A stretch of DNA of 64,000 nucleotides, from NCBI GenBank assembly GCA_947467435.1, contig CANIIA010000001.1, positions 53,400-117,399 of the forward strand. Direction: 5' to 3'. The notes under the pieces were generated by a model that did no database searches, was not told the origin of the DNA, and was given only the letters and a program-made list of their open reading frames with translations. The first letter of the stretch is position 1. Every line of letters starts with the position of its first letter. Shown one piece after another: positions 56,147-64,000 of this stretch. A program made the translations under genes and the position numbers. The stretch comes from Betaproteobacteria bacterium. GTDB taxonomy: Bacteria > Pseudomonadota > Gammaproteobacteria > Burkholderiales > SG8-39.

Positions 56147-57428
56147 ATCACCTGCAAACACCGCCGCGTCGCAAGACATTCGCAGCTACATGCACGGGTT
56201 GGGTCGTGCCGCGCGTGCTGCATCGCGTGTGCTAGCACGCACTGATACGGCCACTAAAAACGCCGCGTTGCGCGCGATGGCCAACGCAATACGTGCGACC
56301 AAAGCAGCCCTACTCAGCGCGAACGCCATCGATATCGCGCGTGCACAGCAAGCCAATCAAGATGCCGCGTTTATCGATCGACTCACACTCGATGAGGCGC
56401 GTATTGAACAAATGGCTGCGGGACTAGAGCAGGTGGCTGCTTTACCTGATCCGATTGGTGTGGTGAGTGAATTGCAACGACAACCCACCGGCATTGAAGT
56501 GGGACGCATGCGTGTACCACTGGGGGTGATTGGTATCATTTATGAATCACGACCCAATGTTACTGCCGATGCTGCAGGGCTGTGTCTTAAATCAGGCAAC
56601 GCTTGCATCCTGCGGGGCGGCTCAGAAGCGCTCGCGTCCAATCAAGCGATCGCACAAGCAATTGTCAGCGGGCTACAACAAGCCGGACTACCCGCCAATG
56701 CAGTACAAGTGGTGGCGACAGCGGATCGCGCCGCGGTGGGTGCACTGATTACCATGCACGAATACGTCGACATCATCGTGCCGCGTGGCGGTAAAGCGCT
56801 GATCGCGCGGCTGATGCAAGAATCGCGTATTCCTATGCTTAAACATTTAGACGGTATTTGTCACGTGTATGTCGATGACGCGGCCGATCTCGATATGGCG
56901 CTCAAAATTACCGATAACGCGAAGACGCATCGCTACGGCACGTGCAACACCATGGAAACGTTACTGGTTGCGCAATCTGTTGCCGCACAGTTTTTGCCGC
57001 GTATCGCTGAAATTTATCGCGCTAAGGGCGTACAAATGCGCGGCGACGTTGCGGTACAGCGCCTTCTACCGGATGCCGTTGCGGCCACCGAAGAAGATTG
57101 GCGTACCGAGTATTTAGCACCGGTGATTGCGATACGTATCGTGGCCGGTCTAGACGCGGCGATTGAACACATCGAAACCTATGGCTCGCGTCACACCGAT
57201 GCTATCGTGACCAACAACGCCGCGCATGCGCAGCGTTTTTTGCGCGAAGTCGATTCCGCCTCAGTGATGGTGAATGCCTCAACTCGGTTTGCTGATGGCT
57301 TTGAATTTGGTCTAGGCGCAGAAATTGGTATTTCAAACGATAAACTCCACGCACGCGGCCCCGTCGGGCTTGAGGGTCTGACCTCACAAAAATATGTGGT
57401 GCTTGGTCACGGCGAGGTCCGTGGCTGA
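56133..57428 (+). CDS. proA: glutamate-5-semialdehyde dehydrogenase
   Basis: From ATG 56133 (14-nt overlap with holA). ..[36 protein letters not shown].. and [21 protein letters not shown]. Confidence 0.95.
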   Translation: MAHAKSPANTAASQDIRSYMHGLGRAARAASRVLARTDTATKNAALRAMANAIRATKAALLSANAIDIARAQQANQDAAFIDRLTLDEARIEQMAAGLEQVAALPDPIGVVSELQRQPTGIEVGRMRVPLGVIGIIYESRPNVTADAAGLCLKSGNACILRGGSEALASNQAIAQAIVSGLQQAGLPANAVQVVATADRAAVGALITMHEYVDIIVPRGGKALIARLMQESRIPMLKHLDGICHVYVDDAADLDMALKITDNAKTHRYGTCNTMETLLVAQSVAAQFLPRIAEIYRAKGVQMRGDVAVQRLLPDAVAATEEDWRTEYLAPVIAIRIVAGLDAAIEHIETYGSRHTDAIVTNNAAHAQRFLREVDSASVMVNASTRFADGFEFGLGAEIGISNDKLHARGPVGLEGLTSQKYVVLGHGEVRG

Positions 57429-58119
57429 ATTGTCATCCGCTGGCGCGATCTCACACCCAGCAGTGATTGGGTTGTTCGGTGGCAGCTTTGATCCGGTGCA
57501 TTTGGGTCACCTTGCGCTTGCGCGTACCGCGTTGCAAAGCCTGTCACTGGATGCCGTGCATTGGATCCCAAGTGGTACGCCGCCGCATCGCACAGCCGCG
57601 CAAGCTTCAAATCACGATCGGGTAGCAATGCTTGAATGCGCGCTGCGCAATGAGCCACGCTTTGTCATTAATCCGCTCGAACTCGAGCACAACGCAACCA
57701 GTTATACGGTTGATACGCTGCTGCGTTTGCGTCAACAGCACTGGTCAACGCACGCCTTGGTTTGGTTAATTGGTGCCGATCAATTTGCACGCTTAGAGAC
57801 CTGGCATCGCTGGCAAACCTTATTTGAACTCGCGCATCTTGGCGTCGTAACTCGGCCAGGTTGGGATCGTCAGCAACTCACGCCAGCGGTACGCAGCGCG
57901 CTCAGCGCGCGTGAGGATGTACCCAACGGCACATGGCGCACACATGCAGCCGGCGCGATTGTGCAATTGAGCATGCCACCAATAGACATCGCGTCGACAC
58001 AAATTCGTCTACATTGTGCAGCGGGTCATTCCCTCAATGGGTTGCTCCCGCAGGGCGTCCTCGACTATATTGAACACGCAGGTCTTTACCGCAAAGGAAA
58101 AGCAACTGGACATCCGTAA
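57421..58119 (+). CDS. nadD: nicotinate-nucleotide adenylyltransferase
   Basis: A probable GTG start at 57421 overlaps the proA stop. [18 protein letters not shown] (HxGH) and ISSTxIR-like IASTQIR are present. Confidence 0.9.
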   Translation: MAELSSAGAISHPAVIGLFGGSFDPVHLGHLALARTALQSLSLDAVHWIPSGTPPHRTAAQASNHDRVAMLECALRNEPRFVINPLELEHNATSYTVDTLLRLRQQHWSTHALVWLIGADQFARLETWHRWQTLFELAHLGVVTRPGWDRQQLTPAVRSALSAREDVPNGTWRTHAAGAIVQLSMPPIDIASTQIRLHCAAGHSLNGLLPQGVLDYIEHAGLYRKGKATGHP

Positions 58120-58708
58120 AAAACAGCGCACCATCGTCGACGCGCTGGAAGACATGAAGGGTCGCGATATCGTGGTGTTTAACACCGAGCATCTCACGCC
58201 ACATTTTGAGCGTGTGGTGATTGCAAGCGGTGATTCAACACGGCACGTCAAATCGCTCGCCGATCACGTGGCCCATCAAATTAAGAAATCGGGCGGCAAA
58301 GTGCATCGCCTTGAAGGTGAAGACACGGGCGAGTGGGTGCTGGTCGACTTGGGGGATGCGATTTTGCATGTGATGCATCCAACCATCCGCGCTTACTATC
58401 ACCTCGAAGAAATTTGGGGTGGCAAAACCGTACGTATCAAAGCGCAAGCCACCACGCCTCGACGCTCGAGTGATCCTTCGATCGCAGACGAAGCGCCCGT
58501 CGTGGCTAAAAAGAAAAAAGCCAAAAAGCCTGCGAAGAAAAAAACGGTGGTTCGGATCTCCACGCAGAAAAAAACTACTGCACGGGTCAGTGCAAAAAAG
58601 CCGGCAAAAAAACGCAGCGTCAGTACGGCTAAACCTGCTGTAAAACAGTCCGCCAAAACAAGCGTCGCGACGCGTAAAAAAACCAGCGCCGCCAAGCGCA
58701 CCCGGTAA
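58106..58708 (+). CDS. rsfS: ribosome silencing factor RsfS with Lys/Ala-rich C-terminal extension
   Basis: RsfS core [55 protein letters not shown]...ILHVMHPTIRAYYHLEEIW. The start is uncertain: either CTG 58106, preceded by AAGGAA at 6-nt spacing, or ATG 58037/58016, which overlap nadD. Confidence 0.8.
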   Translation: MDIRKKQRTIVDALEDMKGRDIVVFNTEHLTPHFERVVIASGDSTRHVKSLADHVAHQIKKSGGKVHRLEGEDTGEWVLVDLGDAILHVMHPTIRAYYHLEEIWGGKTVRIKAQATTPRRSSDPSIADEAPVVAKKKKAKKPAKKKTVVRISTQKKTTARVSAKKPAKKRSVSTAKPAVKQSAKTSVATRKKTSAAKRTR

Positions 58709-58711
58709 GTC

Positions 58712-59185
58712 ATGCAACGCTTGTCGATCATCGCCGTCAGCGGCAAGCTGCCGGCATGGGCGCAGCAGGCTTGTAATGATTATCTGCAACGCTTGCCACG
58801 TGGGTTTGATACGCAACTCATCGAAGTCAAAGCCGAACCGCGCACGACCGGGCGTACCGCGGCACAACTCATGGCAGCCGAAGCCCAACGCTTGCGTGCA
58901 GCAGCGCCTCCAGGCGCCCGCTTTGTAGCGCTGGATGAACGTGGTGCAGAGCACACCACGCAACACTTTGCGACGCAGCTTCGATCGTGGTTGGATTCGG
59001 GTATACCGACGGCCTTTTTAATCGGTGGGCCAGATGGACTCGATGCCGCGCTGCGTCAGTCGTGTAGCGCGCAGCTGCGCTTATCGTCGTTTACCTTGCC
59101 ACATGCGCTGGCGCGGGTGCTACTCACCGAACAGTTATATCGCGCAGCCAGCGTGTTGACTGGGCATCCGTATCATCGAGAATGA
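58712..59185 (+). CDS. rlmH: 23S rRNA (pseudouridine1915-N3)-methyltransferase
   Basis: 157 aa. MQRLSIIAVSGKLPAWAQQACNDYLQRL...FLIGGPDGL...LSSFTLPHALARVLLTEQLYRA. Confidence 0.95.
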   Translation: MQRLSIIAVSGKLPAWAQQACNDYLQRLPRGFDTQLIEVKAEPRTTGRTAAQLMAAEAQRLRAAAPPGARFVALDERGAEHTTQHFATQLRSWLDSGIPTAFLIGGPDGLDAALRQSCSAQLRLSSFTLPHALARVLLTEQLYRAASVLTGHPYHRE

Positions 59186-59278
59186 TGCGCACATCTGCTG
59201 GCCGCTTGCACGATGCCATTGGCCAAGCAGCGATACACAACGCCTCTGCTACACTCGTTGACCCGTGCGGATTTTTCT

Positions 59279-59914
59279 ATGCTCAACACCGCGTCTCCTG
59301 TGATTTATTTAGCCTCTGCTAGCCCACGACGCGGTGAGCTACTCGCGCAAATTGGCATGGACTTTCGTTGGCTCGTGCCCCACGCGGGCGAGCCCGAAGT
59401 CGATGAATCCGTTCAACGCAACGAACTCGCCGATGCGTATGTGATGCGTCTCGCGCGCGCCAAAGCGGCAGCAGGCGAAGCACGACGTCAGTTACGTCAT
59501 TTACCGAGTGGCCTCATCATCGCTGCAGATACCACGGTGGTGGTTGATACAACCATCTTAGGTAAGCCACGTGACCACGCCGATGCTGCACGCATGCTGC
59601 GACTGCTTTCTGGACGTGAACATCGTGTGCTCACTGCGGTGGCGGTACAACGCGCGGCCCACATGGAGGTCGCCTTATCTGATAGTTGTGTGCGGTTTTG
59701 CACACTCAACGACGATCAAATCAATCAATACATTGTCAGCGGCGAAGCCAACGACAAAGCAGGTGCCTATGGGATTCAAGGACGCGCCGCGCAATTCATT
59801 CAACACCTGAGCGGTAGCTATTCGGGTGTCATGGGATTGCCTCTATTTGAGACCACGCAATTAATCCAGCATGTCTGCGCCGATCGCGCCACAAAGGAAG
59901 CTGTGCATGAGTGA
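59279..59914 (+). CDS. maf: Maf-like nucleoside-triphosphate pyrophosphatase
   Basis: From ATG 59279: ..VIYLASASPRRGELLAQIG...IAADTTVVVD..ILGKP...AGAYGIQG. Confidence 0.9.
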   Translation: MLNTASPVIYLASASPRRGELLAQIGMDFRWLVPHAGEPEVDESVQRNELADAYVMRLARAKAAAGEARRQLRHLPSGLIIAADTTVVVDTTILGKPRDHADAARMLRLLSGREHRVLTAVAVQRAAHMEVALSDSCVRFCTLNDDQINQYIVSGEANDKAGAYGIQGRAAQFIQHLSGSYSGVMGLPLFETTQLIQHVCADRATKEAVHE

Positions 59915-61376
59915 AGACATTCTCATTAATGTGACGCCACAAGAAACACGCGTCGCCGTTATGCAAAACGGTGTGGCGCAAGAATTATTAATCGAACGTT
60001 CGGCCAGTCGCGGCTTGGTTGGCAATATTTATAAAGGTAAAGTCGCCCGGGTGTTGCCGGGCATGCAGTCTGCCTTTATTGAAATTGGTCTAGAGCGCGC
60101 CGCGTTTTTGCATGTAGCAGATATTTGGGATCACCGCATTAAAGATGCGCAGGGCAATGTCAGCCCGAGTAAGCCGATCGAAAAAATTCTGACCGAAGGC
60201 CAACCGATTGTCGTGCAAGTGATCAAAGACCCGATTGGCACGAAAGGGGCGCGTGTATCGACACAGATTTCGATTGCGGGGCGCTTATTAGTGTATCTGC
60301 CACAAGATCCACATATCGGTATATCGCAACGTATCGGCGATGAAGCGGCGCGCCAAAGTTTGCGTGAGCGAGTACAACGTGTCACCGCCGCCGACACCGC
60401 CGGCGGCTTTATTGTGCGCACGATCGCCGAAACCGCTGCCGACGACGAGCTTGCCGCCGATGTCGCGTACCTCAAGCATTTATGGCGAGACATTCAAGCG
60501 CGCAGTGCCACCGCGCAGCCAGCGACCTTGCTGTACCAAGATCTGTCACTCGCGCAGCGTGTGCTGCGCGATATGATGCATGTCGACGCAGCCAGTGTGA
60601 TCATCGATTCAAGAGAAAATTTTTATAAGCTCACGCAATTCGCTGAAACGTATATGCCGCAAGTGCGCGAACGTCTACAGCACTACACCGGCGAACGTCC
60701 TCTGTTTGATTTGTACAGCGTCGAAGAGGAAATCGAGAAAGCACTTGCCCGTCGTGTAGATTTAAAATCCGGCGGGTATTTGATCATCGATCAAACCGAA
60801 GCGATGACCACCATTGACGTCAATACCGGTGGCTTTGTAGGCACACGTAATTTTGATGACACGATTTTCAAGACCAATCTTGAAGCGGCGCAAGCTATTG
60901 GTCGACAACTGCGATTACGCAATCTTGGCGGCATCATCATTGCCGACTTTATCGACATGGACTCCGAAGAACACCGCGCTTCGGTGTTAGAAGAGCTACG
61001 CAAAGCACTATTACGCGACCGCACACGGATGACCGTGAGTGGATTTACACAACTTGGCTTAGTTGAAATGACTCGCAAGCGCACACGCGAATCGCTTGCA
61101 CATGTGTTGTGTGAACCTTGTCCGGTGTGCGAAGGTCGTGGACAACTGAAAACGGCGCATACGGTGTGCTATCAAATTTTGCGCGAAATTTTGCGCGAAG
61201 CGCGTGCGTTTAATGCACGCGAATTTCGAGTGTTAGCTGCACAACCGGTCATCGATTTACTGCTCGACGAAGAATCTGCGTCGGTGGCGATGCTCTCTGA
61301 CTTTATTGAAAAGCCCATTTCGATGCACGTGGAATCCAGCTATTCGCAAGAACAGTTTGATATTGTGTTGATGTAA
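59907..61376 (+). CDS. rng: ribonuclease G
   Basis: ATG 59907 follows AAGGAAG and overlaps the maf stop. MSEDILINVTPQETRVAVMQNG...NIYKGKVARVLPGMQSAFIEIG (S1 domain), IIDQTEAMTTIDVNTG, CPVCEGRG. Confidence 0.95.
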   Translation: MSEDILINVTPQETRVAVMQNGVAQELLIERSASRGLVGNIYKGKVARVLPGMQSAFIEIGLERAAFLHVADIWDHRIKDAQGNVSPSKPIEKILTEGQPIVVQVIKDPIGTKGARVSTQISIAGRLLVYLPQDPHIGISQRIGDEAARQSLRERVQRVTAADTAGGFIVRTIAETAADDELAADVAYLKHLWRDIQARSATAQPATLLYQDLSLAQRVLRDMMHVDAASVIIDSRENFYKLTQFAETYMPQVRERLQHYTGERPLFDLYSVEEEIEKALARRVDLKSGGYLIIDQTEAMTTIDVNTGGFVGTRNFDDTIFKTNLEAAQAIGRQLRLRNLGGIIIADFIDMDSEEHRASVLEELRKALLRDRTRMTVSGFTQLGLVEMTRKRTRESLAHVLCEPCPVCEGRGQLKTAHTVCYQILREILREARAFNAREFRVLAAQPVIDLLLDEESASVAMLSDFIEKPISMHVESSYSQEQFDIVLM

Positions 61377-61394
61377 CTTTTTTAAAGGTAAACG

Positions 61395-62897
61395 ATGGCC
61401 AACGCACTTGTTTTTCAATCCGCCAAAAAATTGGCGCGCATGATCGCCACACGCAAGGTTTCTGCCACCGAACTGATGCAGGCGCACATCGCACAAATTG
61501 AACGCGTCAATCCGTTGGTGAATGCGCTGGTAACTTTTTTACCAGAGCGTGCGCTCAAGGCCGCGCGCGCCCTCGACAAGCAATTAGCACAACGCAGTCG
61601 TCAACGTCATCCAGCGGCGTTGCCACCCCTCACGGGTTTACCCTTAGCCTACAAAGATCTTTTACCCACCAAAGGCATCCGCACCACGTTTGGTTCGCCC
61701 ATTTACGCCGACAATATTCCTACGCAAGACAATGTCTTGGTGTCACGCCTGAGTGCTGCAGGGGCGATCACGATCGGCAAAACCAATACGCCTGAATTTG
61801 GCGCGGGCTCACAAACCTTTAATGCCGTCTTTGGCGCCACGCGCAACCCGTACGATTTAACGAAAACCTGCGGTGGCTCTTCAGGTGGCGGCGCCGTTGC
61901 GGTGGCTTGTGGCATGTTGCCGTTTGCAGATGGCTCTGATTTAGCAGCCAGCCTGCGTAACCCCGGTAACTATTGCAACATCGTGGGCTTTCGTCCTACA
62001 CCAGGACGGGTACCCAATTGGCCCAATGCCAATGCATGGGATACACAATCCACACTCGGCCCAATGGCACGATCGGTCGAAGATGCGGCCTTTTTGTTTG
62101 CCAGCATGGCTGGCCCAGATTCACGCGCACCGGTCAGCATGAGTGAATCGGGTCAGCTCTTTTCTAAATCGTTGGCAAGAGATTTTCGTCATGTACGTGT
62201 CGCCTTTACACGCGACTTTGATGGTTTACCGATGGACCCGCAGGTGCTGGCCGTCATGGATCAGCAGAAAAAAATTCTGCGCTCGCTCGGCTGCAAAGTG
62301 GAAGACGCGTGCCCTGACTTTAGTGGTGCCAAAGAAGCGTTCGAAACCATCCGCTCGGTTTCTTTTGCTCAAAAATATGCGCCCTTACTCAAAACACATC
62401 CACATTTGCTTAAAGACACGGTGGTGTGGAATATCAAGCAAGGGTTAGCGGTCACCGGCGCCCAGATGGGTCAGGCTGAAAATTTACGTACTCAATTGTT
62501 TCAGCGCATGCGCGAATTTTTGGAGCGCTACGAATTTTTTATCGGGCCAGTGAATCAATTACCGCCGTATTCGGTGGACCTAGACTATCCACGCTCCATT
62601 GCTGGCACCCGGATGGAAAATTATCTCGATTGGATGAAGAGCTGCTACTACATCACCATCACCAGTCATCCTGCTATTTCGGTTCCAGCGGGATTTACCG
62701 ACGATGCAGGCCCGTTAGCAAAAGATGCCTTGGGTCTGCCCGTGGGCTTACAAATTGTCGGTCGTTACCGTGATGATTTTGGTGTGTTGCAGCTGGCGCA
62801 CGCGTACGAACAAGAATTACGTGCGTTAACCCCTGCGGGTCAAACACCGGTGTTGTTGCGTCGACCAAGCATCGCGCTAGCCTCAGACGCACAGTAA
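61395..62897 (+). CDS. amidase (amidase-signature family), second paralogue in the window
   Basis: 500 aa. LAYKDLLPTKGIRTTFGS, GGSSGGGAVAVACGM, SLRNPGNYCNIVGFRPTPGRV. Confidence 0.85.
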   Translation: MANALVFQSAKKLARMIATRKVSATELMQAHIAQIERVNPLVNALVTFLPERALKAARALDKQLAQRSRQRHPAALPPLTGLPLAYKDLLPTKGIRTTFGSPIYADNIPTQDNVLVSRLSAAGAITIGKTNTPEFGAGSQTFNAVFGATRNPYDLTKTCGGSSGGGAVAVACGMLPFADGSDLAASLRNPGNYCNIVGFRPTPGRVPNWPNANAWDTQSTLGPMARSVEDAAFLFASMAGPDSRAPVSMSESGQLFSKSLARDFRHVRVAFTRDFDGLPMDPQVLAVMDQQKKILRSLGCKVEDACPDFSGAKEAFETIRSVSFAQKYAPLLKTHPHLLKDTVVWNIKQGLAVTGAQMGQAENLRTQLFQRMREFLERYEFFIGPVNQLPPYSVDLDYPRSIAGTRMENYLDWMKSCYYITITSHPAISVPAGFTDDAGPLAKDALGLPVGLQIVGRYRDDFGVLQLAHAYEQELRALTPAGQTPVLLRRPSIALASDAQ

Positions 62898-62899
62898 TC

Positions 62900-64000
62900 A
62901 TGGCGTTTGCAACACAACAAAGCCTCCCCGCAGTATTTATGCGCGGTGGCACCAGTAAAGCACTGATGTTTCATCTGCGTGATTTACCCACTGATCGCGC
63001 TGCGTGGTCGCCAATTTTTCTGGCGGCGATAGGCAGTCCAGACCCTTACGCGCGTCAGTTAAATGGCATGGGTGGTGGCGTGTCTTCGTTATCCAAGGTC
63101 TGTGTGATTGGTCCGTCCACGCGAGATGATGCTGATTTGGATTACACCTTTGCGCAAGTGTTAGTGAACGAATCACGTGTCGATTACAGCGGCAATTGCG
63201 GCAACATGTCTTCTGCCGTCGGGCCATTCGCCCTGGACGAAGGTTTGTTACCGCACTTATCGACAACGACCGGTGAGGTGTGTGTGCGCATTCACAACAC
63301 CAACACAAAAAAAATTATTCACGCACGCTTCCCCGCACAACAGGGACGGGCAGTGGTCGCTGGTGCGCAAGTCATTCCTGGCGTGAGTGGTGCAGGTGCC
63401 GCCGTGCGTCTAGAGTTTCTTTCACCAGGTGGTGCAACAACAGGACAACTTTTACCGACAGGGCGTGTTTGCGATTCGATTGACGTTCCTGGGCTCGGTA
63501 CGATTGATGTGTCGATGATTGATGCAGCCAACGCCTGCGTGTTTGTTCGCGCGAACGATCTCGGCTTCATCGGTACCGAAATGCCCGACGTGATTGAACA
63601 ACGCGTTGATGTGATGCAAACGCTCGCTGCGATTCGAGCATCTGCTTCGGTTGCCATGGGAATCACACCAGACATTGCAGCCGCGCGCGCGAAAACTGCT
63701 GTCCCGTTTGTGGGCTTTGTTTCTGCACCTCAACAGGCCACCACCTTAGATGGCGCGATGATCTCTGCTGACGACGCCGATCTCACTGTGCGCATGCTGT
63801 CAAACGGGCAACCGCATCGTGCGTTGCCACTCACCGCATCGTTATGTACTGCGGTGGCCGCTGCGTTAGAAGGCAGTATTGTCCAGCAATTATGTGCGCG
63901 TTCACCGGAGGTTCAACGCGAGAGCGGCCTACGCTTAGCCATGCCCTCAGGCGTTCTCACCGTCGGTGCAGAAGTGGAACGTCATGCACAAGGTTGGCAT
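62900..64000 (+). CDS. PrpF/AcnD-accessory family isomerase (2-methylaconitate isomerase / 4-oxalomesaconate tautomerase-like), 3' end outside the window
   Basis: Absent from the ORF track because no stop occurs before the window end. My translation from ATG 62900 gives MAFATQQSLPAVFMRGGTSKALMFHLRDLP...LSKVCVIGPS...DYSGNCGNMSSAVGPFALDEGL...IDAANACVFVRANDLG...MLSNGQPHRALPLTASLC. It starts 2 nt after the amidase stop. Confidence 0.85.
   Translation, partial: MAFATQQSLPAVFMRGGTSKALMFHLRDLPTDRAAWSPIFLAAIGSPDPYARQLNGMGGGVSSLSKVCVIGPSTRDDADLDYTFAQVLVNESRVDYSGNCGNMSSAVGPFALDEGLLPHLSTTTGEVCVRIHNTNTKKIIHARFPAQQGRAVVAGAQVIPGVSGAGAAVRLEFLSPGGATTGQLLPTGRVCDSIDVPGLGTIDVSMIDAANACVFVRANDLGFIGTEMPDVIEQRVDVMQTLAAIRASASVAMGITPDIAAARAKTAVPFVGFVSAPQQATTLDGAMISADDADLTVRMLSNGQPHRALPLTASLCTAVAAALEGSIVQQLCARSPEVQRESGLRLAMPSGVLTVGAEVERHAQGWH

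Overview
The window reads as core chromosome of a betaproteobacterium, probably Burkholderiales-like. That placement is inferred from synteny blocks (secB-grxC-rhodanese, dapF-DUF484-xerC, leuS-lptE-holA-proA-nadD-rsfS-rlmH-maf-rng) and from an SAH riboswitch in front of ahcY. It is densely coding, with about 62 protein genes, many joined by ATGA/TAATG overlaps. I saw no rRNA, tRNA, CRISPR array, IS element or prophage. Two genes missing from the ORF track were recovered at the window edges: cytochrome oxidase subunit I (1..385, -) and a PrpF-family isomerase (62900..64000, +). Non-coding elements I can support are an SAH riboswitch, a near-consensus sigma-32 promoter for an Hsp20 gene, and several intrinsic-terminator hairpins. 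The most unusual locus is 31.3-36.9 kb. There a Cro/YdaS-type HTH domain is fused in-frame to a class-V (AGXT-type) aminotransferase. It is divergently transcribed from a translationally coupled pair, a ThDP enzyme and an NDP-forming acyl-CoA synthetase, across a spacer carrying five same-strand TTGAC(A/C) repeats. Other items worth a second look: an orphan DUF1116/AllG-like gene inside the metK-ahcY-metF cluster; a COG0523 GTPase / small His-Cys protein / TonB-receptor operon; a C13-like membrane protein whose catalytic His appears replaced; a Cca with a degenerate HD domain; and an RsfS with a histone-H1-like tail. All family calls come from motif reading and memory of family sequences. None has been confirmed by a database search.
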